NCBI GenBank assembly: GCA_965215275.1
Contig: OZ244044.1
Span: 1,792,001-1,856,000 of the forward strand
Reading direction: 5' to 3'
Length of the DNA stretch: 64,000 bases
Origin: Thermodesulfobacteriota bacterium
Lineage (GTDB): Bacteria; Desulfobacterota_D; UBA1144; Nemesobacterales; JAJCZQ01
Below, in pieces: positions 19,865 through 30,268 of the stretch. The translations under genes were made by a program, and so were the position numbers. How positions within the stretch are numbered: position 1 is the stretch's first letter; every line of letters starts with the position of its first letter. The notes beneath the pieces are model-generated. The model did not search any database and was not told the DNA's origin. It saw nothing but the letters and a program-made list of their open reading frames with translations.

Positions 19865-20617
19865 TTGTATCCTAATCTCATTGAATTCAGTTCCTTTCAT
19901 ATCTCATCCTTTTACGTAATGGTGCTGGCAGCCTCTCTTGTTGCTTACTACGTATGTGAGAAAGACCTGGTCAGAAGAGGGAAAGATAAAAGTACTGCTG
20001 ATATAGTGCTGATCGCCAGCTTTATAGGCGGGATGGTGGGTGCAAAGCTGCTTTTTTTGTATCAGAATGTGGCGTTTTCAGAGGTGGTCCAGGACCCGCT
20101 CCGCTATTTTTCGTCGGGCTATACGTTCTTTGGCGGGTTTATCGGGGCTTTACTTATGCTCTATCTGGTGTCTGTATATAAAAAGGTGAGTTTCTGGTAC
20201 CTGACCGATATTTCTTCAGCTCCGGTCATTATTGCTTATGGAGTAGGCAGGATCGGGTGCTTACTCGCTGGAGATGATTACGGGGTACCAACGGATGTGC
20301 CTTGGGCAATGTCGTTCCCGAACGGTTCTCCTCCTACTCTGGAAAATGTCCATCCAACCCAGATCTATGATTCGATCAGTATGCTTATCGTGTTTTACTT
20401 CCTGTGGAACCTGAAGAGCAGAGGTCGTGCGACCGGTTTCCTTACTTCACTGACCTTTATTGTACTTGGTACACAGAGGTTCTTGATGGAGTTTATAAGG
20501 AACACCACACCGAGTTCCGTTTATGGATTATCCCAGGCGCAGCTGATAGCCCTGTCTTTGGTATGTGCAGGTATAATAAAAATGGGAATTATATACTTAA
20601 CTATGCAAGATAAATGA
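19865..20617 (+). CDS. lgt: Prolipoprotein diacylglyceryl transferase; last 11 residues supplied by the inserted IS end
   Basis: GRIGCLLAGDDYG, HPTQIYD and RFLMEFIR motifs; native tail displaced to 23956-24006. Confidence 0.88.
   Translation: MYPNLIEFSSFHISSFYVMVLAASLVAYYVCEKDLVRRGKDKSTADIVLIASFIGGMVGAKLLFLYQNVAFSEVVQDPLRYFSSGYTFFGGFIGALLMLYLVSVYKKVSFWYLTDISSAPVIIAYGVGRIGCLLAGDDYGVPTDVPWAMSFPNGSPPTLENVHPTQIYDSISMLIVFYFLWNLKSRGRATGFLTSLTFIVLGTQRFLMEFIRNTTPSSVYGLSQAQLIALSLVCAGIIKMGIIYLTMQDK
20584..20609 (+). repeat. Left terminal inverted repeat of the IS1595 element
   Basis: GGGAATTATATACTTAACTATGCAAG; reverse complement of 23930-23955 with one mismatch. Confidence 0.95.
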
Positions 20618-20632
20618 CATTAGCATTGTAAA

Positions 20633-21277
20633 TTATACACGAATGGTTTTTTTCAATTCTCCGTTATACCACTCCCCGCCCATTTCCTTTTTGATATAAT
20701 TTATTTTAAAATCAATATTATCTTTTAAATCATCTATCATAAGATCTTTATTATTTTTATATACATCTATATCGTTTTGTCCTACGATCTCACCCATGTC
20801 TGGACACAACACGCAAAATTCACCATTTCTATTAGAATCAGAAAAAGAATATATTCTGTATTTACCTTTATATGTTTCAATCTGTTTTAAATCCTTCATA
20901 TAATAATCTGGATTATATTTTTCATTTATCATGTAATCACTCCTCCTTTTACTTTCATATTTACGGGTAACTCCTTCTTTTTTATCAAGTTCTTTTATTC
21001 TATCTAATTGTAATTCAAATTGATTTATCTGATAATCCTTCGCATCGTCCCTTTCTCTGCCAGACACAGTAAGTACTCCAACCTTTTTACCATATTCTGC
21101 ATGCTTAAATTTCCTATGACCTCCAGTTCCTTTTATCTTCACATAACCAGCTTTTTTTATTCGCTTAATTAACTCCCGAACAGATATAACTGTTTTTCCT
21201 TCATAAATATGCTCAACCAATGTTGGTTTACGCTCATAAATCTGTTGAATTCTTGTTAGTTTATTATCTTCTTCCAT
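20633..21277 (-). CDS. HicA-like toxin domain fused to a C-terminal HicB-like domain (putative)
   Basis: ISVRELIKRIKKAGYVKIKGTGGHRKFKH...VLTVSG fits the HicA/YcfA pattern; C-terminal NGEFCVLCPDMGEIVG...MIDDLKDNIDF resembles the HicB N-domain; RBS AAAGGA before ATG 21277. Confidence 0.65.
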   Translation of the reverse strand: MEEDNKLTRIQQIYERKPTLVEHIYEGKTVISVRELIKRIKKAGYVKIKGTGGHRKFKHAEYGKKVGVLTVSGRERDDAKDYQINQFELQLDRIKELDKKEGVTRKYESKRRSDYMINEKYNPDYYMKDLKQIETYKGKYRIYSFSDSNRNGEFCVLCPDMGEIVGQNDIDVYKNNKDLMIDDLKDNIDFKINYIKKEMGGEWYNGELKKTIRV

Positions 21278-21360
21278 ATTTTTTCCTTTTATCAATTTTC
21301 TATATTATTCAATAACCTTTATCCTTATATGTAATAGAACAAATTAAAATCAATTATATT

Positions 21361-22715
21361 TTATTTACAATAACCAAGTCTTTTGTTTTCTTTTATAAGT
21401 CCTGATAATGTGAATTTGTTGCTCTTCAATTTATTACAGGGTCCACAAAGTAAAATTCTGTTCGATATATGGTTTAGTCCACCATCAGAACGTGGAGTGT
21501 TATGATCTAATTCAAGATATCTCGGGTCATCAAATTGACGGTTGCAACCCTGACATTTGCTCTCCTCTTGATCTAACAGATATTTAAGCATTTCTGCTCG
21601 AGTCATTTTATGACCTTTAGGTTCATCTATCTTTAATTTGGTTTTGAGAAAAGGAACTGCCTCTTCACCTTTATCTGTTCTAACTGGTAAATCTGAAGTC
21701 CAAGTTATATTTTTTCTAAAAAGCTGATGCTGTGTTCCAGAGTATCCTTTTTTCCTACCTTTTACTATTAAGCCTTGCTTTTCAAACAAACCAAGAATTA
21801 CATCCTTAGCCTTATCCCATATATCAATTCCTACCCACTGCCTGTTTAGTTTTTCAGAAGCTACTAATGTAGTTCCACATCCACAAAAAGGGTCTAATAC
21901 TATATCTCCTTCATTAGAAGATGCTTTTATTATACGTTCATATAATGCTGGAGGTTTTTGTGTAGGATAACCTATTCGTTCTTTTGCTACAGCATTTAAA
22001 CTATCAATTATCCAAGTGTCATGACATATTCTTCCTCTATCTAAATAATACTTATACTCTTTGCTGTCTATTTTTCTTATACGATATGCTCTACCATCTT
22101 TATCTACTTTATCAAAATGGTTGGATTTTTCCTCTCGGTATGGTTCATATTGTGGATTAAATATCTTATTTTTGGTTTTACTATAAAACAGTATTATATC
22201 ATGTTTTTTACTGAACGACTTCTTACTTGCCCCGCCAGTATTGTATTTCCACACTATTTCATTAACAAAGTTTTTATATCCAAAAATAGCGTCCATAATG
22301 GCTTTTATATAATGACTTGCTGTTGGATCACAGTGCAGATAAATACTTCCATCTTTTCGTAGTATCCTTTTCATCTCTAATAAACGAACAGCCATGAAAC
22401 AGACAAACGCACCCATTCCGTCCGAATGAGCATTTCTTGCACTTTCTATAGCTTCCATGAGTTCTGGAAAATCATCAGTTATTTTATCAACCCACTCTTG
22501 ATGAACATCCCTGTCCCAAGACCATCTGTCCTGAAAAGAAGCACCAGAAGATAAACTATCAGGTGTAGCATGAAAATCTCTATTTTTGTTAAAAGGAGGG
22601 TCAGTTGCAATTAAATGAACAGATTCGCTGTTCATTGCTCGGAGAAAATCTAAATTGTCTCCGTGAAATAAAGTGCGATTCTGCCAATTTGATGGGGGGG
22701 GGTGGAGGCTTTCAT
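21361..22715 (-). CDS. Beta-class N6/N4 DNA methyltransferase fused to a C-terminal HNH endonuclease; 5' end out of frame at a G9 tract
   Basis: LFHGDNLDFL, DPPF (motif IV), YPTQKP, LDPFCGCGTT (motif I), then CQGC...ELDHNTPRSDGG..N..LCGPCNKLK; ATG 22715 joins the main frame only with G10 or G7 at 22694-22702. Confidence 0.88.
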
Positions 22716-22727
22716 AGTCGTTTGTTC

Positions 22728-22892
22728 TTAGCGTTTACGCTTTTTGTCTGATCTATTTTTATTCAATAACCGAACTTTATCGTTTTCTTTCTTTACTTGA
22801 TCAGATTGCTTTCTTGGAGTAAATAAAGCACGAGCTATTTGCTCTGGTGAAACATCAACAGGCGGTAGTAGATAAGCATGCCTCTTGGTCAT
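22728..22892 (-). CDS. Small basic hypothetical protein directly downstream of the IS1595 transposase
   Basis: Strong RBS AAGGAGG before ATG 22892; 54 aa MTKRHAYLLPPVDVSPEQIARALFTPRK... Confidence 0.6.
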   Translation of the reverse strand: MTKRHAYLLPPVDVSPEQIARALFTPRKQSDQVKKENDKVRLLNKNRSDKKRKR

Positions 22893-22932
22893 TGCATCCT
22901 CCTTAACAACATTATTACATACTAAATAACCA

Positions 22933-23877
22933 TTAAGCAATTAAATCTTCATACTTCAAACGTTTTCCGATCATTGAAGCGTATATCTCTTGCATCATTT
23001 TTTCAGTATCGTATTTCCGCAAGTTGTGCCGATTGGCAAATTCATTAACGTATCTATGTAGATGTTTAGGACTAATATGGTGAAAGGTCCCGTAATACCC
23101 TCTTTTTAGTAAAGCCCAGAAAGATTCTACACCGTTAATATGAGCTTGTTTGTTTACAAATTCTCCAACGCTGTGTTTTACCGTCTTATGATTAAAACTC
23201 ATACCTTCATAGCTCTTATAATCGTCTGTATAAACCGTTGAATTACCATCTACATGTTTACCGATAAATTCTTGCAAACTTGATTTGTCGGTATTATTAA
23301 CAACAGATGCACTTATATTGTTTGTGTTTCTATCTTTTACACCAACTACAGCCGTCTTGCCAACGACCCCACGACCTGCTTTTAGCTTTTTGCTTGAATG
23401 TTTATTTTGTTCAAGACCACCAAAATATGCTTCATCCACTTCTACGGGACCTGACATCTTACCACCCATATTCATCCAAGCCTCACGTAACCTTTGAGCC
23501 ATGAAATAAGCAGATTTCTGTGTTATTTTTAAATCTCTGTAAAGTTTCATGCTGGATACACCTTTTAATGAAGTGGACCATAAGAAAATAGCAATAACCC
23601 ACTTTTGATAACTGATCTTCGATCTTTCCATTAAACTACCAATACGAACACTGAAATTGCGTCTGCAATCACCACACCAATATGGCATAGGTTTTCCAGA
23701 AGGAACTTTACTCACTTTTACACTACCGCATCTAGGACAATGTAAATGCTTGTTATCTTTTCCCCAACGTTGCTCTTCAAACCACTGTTCTGCAACTTCA
23801 TTATTAGGGAATTTCTTAAATAACTCTATAAGTGATATTCCTTTACGATAATGTTTTCCAGGTGCTTTATATGACAT
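22933..23877 (-). CDS. IS1595-family DDE transposase
   Basis: Zn ribbon CPRC...CGDC; VEVDEAYFGG, VYTDDYKSY, HINGVESFWALLKRG and HLHRYVNEF motifs. Confidence 0.95.
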   Translation of the reverse strand: MSYKAPGKHYRKGISLIELFKKFPNNEVAEQWFEEQRWGKDNKHLHCPRCGSVKVSKVPSGKPMPYWCGDCRRNFSVRIGSLMERSKISYQKWVIAIFLWSTSLKGVSSMKLYRDLKITQKSAYFMAQRLREAWMNMGGKMSGPVEVDEAYFGGLEQNKHSSKKLKAGRGVVGKTAVVGVKDRNTNNISASVVNNTDKSSLQEFIGKHVDGNSTVYTDDYKSYEGMSFNHKTVKHSVGEFVNKQAHINGVESFWALLKRGYYGTFHHISPKHLHRYVNEFANRHNLRKYDTEKMMQEIYASMIGKRLKYEDLIA

Positions 23878-23929
23878 ACTATTTATCCTCTTGATTATTG
23901 ATTTTATAGTATTATACTATCATACAAAC

Positions 23930-23955
23930 CTTGCATAGTCAAGTATATAATTCCC
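23930..23955 (-). repeat. Right terminal inverted repeat of the IS1595 element; contains the -35 of the transposase promoter
   Basis: Minus strand reads GGGAATTATATACTTGACTATGCAAG; TTGACT, 17 nt, TAGTAT points at the transposase. Confidence 0.93.
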
Positions 23956-24010
23956 ATAAAAATAGTACTGATATCATCAGGAAAGAAAGAGGAAAGGGCA
24001 GGTTGATCAT

Positions 24011-25336
24011 TTGAGAATAATAATAGTAGGTGCCGGACAGGTGGGGCTTTTTTTAGCAGGTGAGCTGTGTAACGATCATGACGTGGTGGTTATCGAGAAC
24101 GACAAGGAAAGGTCACTGCATATAAAAGACAGCCTTGACGTGCTGTCCATTCACGGCGAGGGGGACGACCCAAAGGTCCTGGCAGAGGCCGGACTGGAAG
24201 AAGCTGACGTATTTCTTGCCGTAAGTGGTGACGACAGGGCCAATATACTGTCTTCACTGCTTGCTGACTTGATGAATTTAAAAAGCGTGGTTTGCAGAAT
24301 AAGGAACAAGGACTATGTGGAACATACCAGCCTTCTGAAAAGTAACAGGATACACGTTGTTAACCCCAGCGAGATAATCTCGTCCAAGTTCGCTGACCTT
24401 GTAAGTCATCCTTTTGCATTGAGGACCGAACTGTTTGGAGAGAACAACGAAGTTGAACTGTTCAAACTCAGGGTGGAAGAAGGTGCGGAAGTTGCAAATA
24501 AAATGCTCAGAGACCTTGAACCTGCCAGTTCCTGGATATTTGTGGGCGTGTCACAGAATGGGAAAATGAAAGTCCCTAAGGGCGACACGGTACTGTATTC
24601 TGGAGATTATGTCTTTGCACTTGGCGATCCCGGCGTCATACAAAGATTAAAAAAGCTCTTTGATCTGGGGGAGGACAGTATAGGTTCTGCAATAATAGTC
24701 GGGGGAGGAAGACTTGGAAGAACGGTTGCGGCCACCTTGTTAAAAAATAAAATAAAGGTCAAGATAATAGAGAGTGATCCCACCAGGGCGGACCTGGTCG
24801 CGGAGGACCTCCTTGGAGCTGCGGTGTTCAAAGGCGATGCAACGAACGCTGAGTGCTTAAAGGAAGCCGGCGTTGAATCAACTGATTATCTGGCCGCTCT
24901 GACCGGAGATGACGAAAAGAACGTTTTAAGCGCCCTTCTTGCAAAAAACCTTGGTGTAAAGCAAACGACCGTGCTCTATACGAAGCCGGATTACATAGGC
25001 GTGCTTGAGGCAATTGGCGTTAACAGGGCGGTAAGTGTAAGACATGCGATCGCGAACGAGGTCCTGAGCCTGCTGCATATCAGAGGAGTGGAACATATTA
25101 CGCTTCTGGAAGAGGGAAAAGGCGAGGTGCTGGAATTTAAAATCCATGAAGGGTCAGAAGTTATAGGGAAAAAGTTAAAAAATATTGATCTTCCAGAAGA
25201 TGCCATAGTAGGTATCTGTATCAGAGAGGGTAAGATACAGATACCCAGAGGAGAGTTCTTCCTGCGACGCGACGATCGTTTAATTGTCTTCACGCTTCCC
25301 AATGCTGTAAAAAAGGTGGAACAGATACTTGGATAG
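24011..25336 (+). CDS. trkA: Trk system potassium uptake protein TrkA
   Basis: Two RCK_N/RCK_C modules (IIVGAGQVG; IIVGGGRLG; IPRGE). Confidence 0.93.
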   Translation: MRIIIVGAGQVGLFLAGELCNDHDVVVIENDKERSLHIKDSLDVLSIHGEGDDPKVLAEAGLEEADVFLAVSGDDRANILSSLLADLMNLKSVVCRIRNKDYVEHTSLLKSNRIHVVNPSEIISSKFADLVSHPFALRTELFGENNEVELFKLRVEEGAEVANKMLRDLEPASSWIFVGVSQNGKMKVPKGDTVLYSGDYVFALGDPGVIQRLKKLFDLGEDSIGSAIIVGGGRLGRTVAATLLKNKIKVKIIESDPTRADLVAEDLLGAAVFKGDATNAECLKEAGVESTDYLAALTGDDEKNVLSALLAKNLGVKQTTVLYTKPDYIGVLEAIGVNRAVSVRHAIANEVLSLLHIRGVEHITLLEEGKGEVLEFKIHEGSEVIGKKLKNIDLPEDAIVGICIREGKIQIPRGEFFLRRDDRLIVFTLPNAVKKVEQILG

Positions 25337-25390
25337 TGGACCGAACGGGGTCGTGTTTAAAAAATTCTAATTTAAAGGATAATGTGACTG

Positions 25391-26668
25391 ATGAGAGTTC
25401 TGGTTATAGGTAGTGGCGGCAGGGAGCATGCTTTATGCTGGAAGATCAGACAGAGCCCTCTGGTCAGGGAACTGTTCTGTGCACCTGGGAACGCGGGGAT
25501 CAGCAAGGACGCCAGGTGTGTGGACATTCCAGCAACGGAGATTGACGGGCTTTTACAGTTTGCGAAAAGAAACGACGTTGACCTGACGGTCGTAGGGCCG
25601 GAACTGCCTCTGACGCTGGGGCTTGCTGATGTTTTTGAAAAAGAGGGTTTAAAGGTCTTTGGACCCTCAAAAGCCGCTGCTGAGCTTGAGGGAAGCAAGG
25701 TCTTTTCCAAAAGTTTTATGAAGAGACACGGGATCCCGACCGCGGAGTACAGTACTTTTACTGATCACGATGAGGCCCGAAAGTTCATCAGAACGGTAAA
25801 GCCCCCGTTCGTCGTAAAGGCGGACGGTCTTGCAGCTGGTAAAGGGGTGATCTTATGCGGCAGTACTGCAGAAGGTGAGAAGGCACTGAACTCGCTAATG
25901 CTGGACAGGGTGTTCGGGGAGGCAGGTGCCAGTATTATAATAGAGGAGTTCTTAGAAGGGCAGGAAGCATCTGTATTCGTGATAACTGACGGAAAGAAGT
26001 ATCTGATGCTTGAACCTTCCCAGGACCATAAGGCAGTATATAATGATGATAAAGGTCCAAATACCGGTGGTATGGGAGCATACTGCCCGGCTCCGATAGT
26101 TACAGAGAACTTGCTTGGGACCATAGCATCTGAGATCGTTGAACCGACCCTGCACGGTATGGCATCTGAGGCAAGAAGGTACAAAGGGGTCCTTTATATA
26201 GGTCTGATGATCGATGGGAACGATATAAAAGTACTTGAGTATAACTGCAGGTTCGGGGATCCGGAAGCTCAGCCCGTTCTTTTCAAAATGAGAACTGACA
26301 TCGTTCCGATCATGGTTGAGGTGGCAGAAGGTAAACTTACCTGTCAGGAGATCGGGTATAAGGCAGGTGCCGCTGTCTGCGTTGTGATGGCTTCAAAAGG
26401 TTATCCTGGAAAATATGAAAAAGGGATACATCTGAGCAAGATAGACCTGTTGAAGGAAAGTGAATACGTTGCCGTCTTTCACGCGGGAACCAGGCTCGAT
26501 AATGGCAGTATAGTTACAGATGGGGGCAGGGTACTTGGTGTGACCTGCACAGGTAACACGGTAGAAGATGCCGTTGCAAGGGTTTATAAAGAGGTCAGCG
26601 TTATAGATGACGGGAATTTGCACTACAGGACGGATATAGGAAGTAAGGCGTTCCGGGCCAGTTCTTAA
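25391..26668 (+). CDS. purD: Phosphoribosylamine-glycine ligase
   Basis: GSGGREHAL, KADGLAAGKGV, GPNTGGMGAY and EYNCRFGDPE motifs. Confidence 0.98.
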   Translation: MRVLVIGSGGREHALCWKIRQSPLVRELFCAPGNAGISKDARCVDIPATEIDGLLQFAKRNDVDLTVVGPELPLTLGLADVFEKEGLKVFGPSKAAAELEGSKVFSKSFMKRHGIPTAEYSTFTDHDEARKFIRTVKPPFVVKADGLAAGKGVILCGSTAEGEKALNSLMLDRVFGEAGASIIIEEFLEGQEASVFVITDGKKYLMLEPSQDHKAVYNDDKGPNTGGMGAYCPAPIVTENLLGTIASEIVEPTLHGMASEARRYKGVLYIGLMIDGNDIKVLEYNCRFGDPEAQPVLFKMRTDIVPIMVEVAEGKLTCQEIGYKAGAAVCVVMASKGYPGKYEKGIHLSKIDLLKESEYVAVFHAGTRLDNGSIVTDGGRVLGVTCTGNTVEDAVARVYKEVSVIDDGNLHYRTDIGSKAFRASS

Positions 26669-26694
26669 GTGAATTTAAATATTTGACAAAAATG

Positions 26695-26724
26695 TTGACA
26701 TTGTTTGAATTATCGGAATAAAAT
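26695..26724 (+). promoter_or_regulatory. sigma70-type promoter of rpsL-rpsG-fusA
   Basis: TTGACA, 18 nt, TAAAAT upstream of the rpsL RBS (AAGGGAG). Confidence 0.55.
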
Positions 26725-26759
26725 AGCAGTTTAAATTTTTAAGGGAGACAGAAGTATAA

Positions 26760-27618
<859 letters not shown>

Positions 27619-27668
27619 AAGCACAGCTGACGGACAGCTGGCAGCTTTTGGAGGATTATTGAAGTTCA

Positions 27669-29759
27669 ATGTCGGAAAAGACCATACCAATAGATAAAGT
27701 CAGAAATATCGGGATCGTTGCCCATATTGATGCAGGAAAGACCACGACTACGGAGAGGATTCTCTACTACACCGGTCTTACGTACAAGATAGGTGAAGTC
27801 CATGAAGGGACTGCGACCATGGACTGGATGGAGCAGGAGAGAGAGCGAGGCATCACCATTACCTCGGCAACCACGACCTGCTTCTGGAGAGATCACAGGA
27901 TAAACATCATTGACACTCCGGGACACGTTGATTTTACAATTGAGGTCGAGAGGTCTTTAAAGGTCCTGGATGGGGCCGTGGTCGTTTTTGACTGCGTTGG
28001 AGGGGTTGAGCCTCAGACCGAAACCGTCTGGAGGCAGGCGGACAGGTACAAAGTGCCAAGAATGTGTTTTATAAACAAGATGGACCGCGTTGGAGCTAAT
28101 TTTTACAAAGTCGTGGGTCAGATCAAGGACAGACTGGATGCCAACCCGATCTGCCTGCAGATCCCCTGGTTCGAGAACGGTGAATTCAAGGGGATAGTTG
28201 ACCTTATTAAGATGAAAATGGCCATATGGGACAGTGAATCTCTGGGAGCTAAATATAAATTTATCGATATTCCAGGTGATATTAAGGACCAGGCAGATGT
28301 TTACAGAGAGAAAATGGTCGAAGGTCTTGCTGATTACTGTGAAGAAATAATGGAGTTATACCTGGGTGGTGAAGAGGTCCCTGAAGAAAAGATCGTGAGC
28401 GCTGTAAGGAGGAACACGACAGATCTGAAGATAATTCCCGTGCTGTGCGGTTCGGCTTTTAAGAACAAAGGCGTTCAGCTGCTCCTGGATGCCATTATCG
28501 AACTTATGCCCGCACCATCGGACCTTCCTCCCGTTAAGGGATTGATACCAGGCTCCGATAAGGAGGACGTAAGGCTGCCTTCCGAGGATGAACCGTTTTC
28601 CGCCCTAGTCTTTAAGATAATGACCGACCCGTTCGTTGGACAGCTGACGTATTTAAGGATCTATTCCGGCAAGCTTGTTTCAGGTACTACCGTTTATAAC
28701 ACGTCAAGGCAGAAAAAAGAAAAGATCGGAAGACTTTTGAGGATGCATGCAGACAAGAGAGAAGATATAAAGGAGAACGTTGCCGGGGGGATCGTAGCGG
28801 CGGTCGGTTTGAAAAATACGATTACCGGAGATACGTTATGTGAAGAGTCCAGGCCCATAGTCCTTGAAAGCCTTCATATTGCAGACCCTGTAATATCTAT
28901 TGCAATAGAGCCAAGGTCCAAAGCCGATCAGGAAAAACTGGGACTGGCCTTGAACAAGCTGGCACTGGAAGACCCGTCGTTCAGGATCAAGTTTGACGAG
29001 GAGACCAGTCAGACACTGATCTCGGGAATGGGAGAGTTACACCTGGAAATTATCGTGGACAGACTGGACAGGGACTTTAACGTTAATGCCAGCGTAGGCA
29101 AACCGCAGGTAGCTTACAGAGAATCCATTACGCAGGATGCGGACGTTGAAAATAAATTTATAAGACAGACGGGTGGCAGAGGTCAGTATGGCCACGTTAA
29201 GATCAGGGTTGAGCCGCTGGAAAGGGGAGCGGGATTTAAATTTATAGATGAAATTAAAGGTGGAGTGATCCCGAAGGAGTATATCCCTGCCGTTGAGAAA
29301 GGTATCCTGGAAGTAATGAGGACCGGCGTCGTGTCTGGATATCCCGTCGTGGACGTGTCCGTGACTTTATATGATGGTTCTTTTCATGAAGTGGATTCGT
29401 CGGAGATAGCGTTTAAAGTCGCTGCTTCTCAGGCGTTCAAAGACGCGATCTTAAGATCAAATCCAGTTATACTGGAACCGGTGATGAACCTTGAGGTAGT
29501 AGTGCCGGAGGATTTTATGGGAACGGTAATAGGCAACCTGAACTCTCGCAGGGGGCGTATAAACAACACTGAAGCCCGAGGCAACATGCAGGTGATCGAG
29601 GGACGGTCGCCGCTGGGTGAGATGTTCGGATATGCCACAAATCTGAGATCAATGACCGAGGGACGTGGAACTTTTACAATGGAGTTTTCACATTATGAAC
29701 CGCTGCCGGAAAGCATTTCTGAAAAGCTAAGGGTGGATGCCCAGGCCGCTACGTCTTGA
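27669..29759 (+). CDS. fusA: Elongation factor G
   Basis: [25 protein letters not shown] and GMGELHLE motifs. Confidence 0.99.
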   Translation: MSEKTIPIDKVRNIGIVAHIDAGKTTTTERILYYTGLTYKIGEVHEGTATMDWMEQERERGITITSATTTCFWRDHRINIIDTPGHVDFTIEVERSLKVLDGAVVVFDCVGGVEPQTETVWRQADRYKVPRMCFINKMDRVGANFYKVVGQIKDRLDANPICLQIPWFENGEFKGIVDLIKMKMAIWDSESLGAKYKFIDIPGDIKDQADVYREKMVEGLADYCEEIMELYLGGEEVPEEKIVSAVRRNTTDLKIIPVLCGSAFKNKGVQLLLDAIIELMPAPSDLPPVKGLIPGSDKEDVRLPSEDEPFSALVFKIMTDPFVGQLTYLRIYSGKLVSGTTVYNTSRQKKEKIGRLLRMHADKREDIKENVAGGIVAAVGLKNTITGDTLCEESRPIVLESLHIADPVISIAIEPRSKADQEKLGLALNKLALEDPSFRIKFDEETSQTLISGMGELHLEIIVDRLDRDFNVNASVGKPQVAYRESITQDADVENKFIRQTGGRGQYGHVKIRVEPLERGAGFKFIDEIKGGVIPKEYIPAVEKGILEVMRTGVVSGYPVVDVSVTLYDGSFHEVDSSEIAFKVAASQAFKDAILRSNPVILEPVMNLEVVVPEDFMGTVIGNLNSRRGRINNTEARGNMQVIEGRSPLGEMFGYATNLRSMTEGRGTFTMEFSHYEPLPESISEKLRVDAQAATS

Positions 29760-29874
29760 CAGATGCCTTACGGAGCATTTTCAGTTTCGCCTTAAATGCC
29801 TGTACGATATATACCATAATCGGATTTACGGAAAAGGCGCGCTGACGGAGTAAAAGATAAACGTCTGACCGGTT

Positions 29875-30252
29875 TTATCCCTCCAGCAGTACCACTGCGA
29901 CCGAGTAGTTTTTTTCATGGGAGATAGAGGTGTGTATTTTGCTGACACCTTTCCGTCTGGCAAAGGATCTGGTCGTACCAAGAAGTTCAGTCCAGGGCTT
30001 TCCTGATTCGTTATGCCTGACCTGTATACCATGAAAGTTTATACCACTTCTGAATCCCGTGCCCAGGGCCTTAACAAGGGCTTCTTTAACCGCGTAGTTT
30101 GCAGCGTATCTCTGTACGTTCTGACCTCGCTTACTGATGAAATCGATCTCCATGCCGGTAAAGACTTTAGCGAGGAACCTTTCTCCCCATTTATTTATTA
30201 TTTTTCTTATTCTGTCGTTCTGTACTATATCTATGCCCATTCCTAATATCAC
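29875..30252 (-). CDS. acpS: Holo-[acyl-carrier-protein] synthase
   Basis: GMGIDIV, AVKEALVKALGTG and SISHE motifs. Confidence 0.95.
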   Translation of the reverse strand: MILGMGIDIVQNDRIRKIINKWGERFLAKVFTGMEIDFISKRGQNVQRYAANYAVKEALVKALGTGFRSGINFHGIQVRHNESGKPWTELLGTTRSFARRKGVSKIHTSISHEKNYSVAVVLLEG

Positions 30253-30268
30253 TGTCCTTACTCCTCCT

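Larger units (their letters stand above)
20584..23955 (-). mobile_element. IS1595-family cargo-carrying transposon (3,372 bp)
   Basis: 26-bp TIRs GGGAATTATATACTT(A/G)ACTATGCAAG at 20584-20609 and 23930-23955 (1 mismatch); 8-bp TSD ATAAAAAT at 20576-20583 and 23956-23963; IS1595 DDE transposase inside; AT-rich. Confidence 0.95.
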
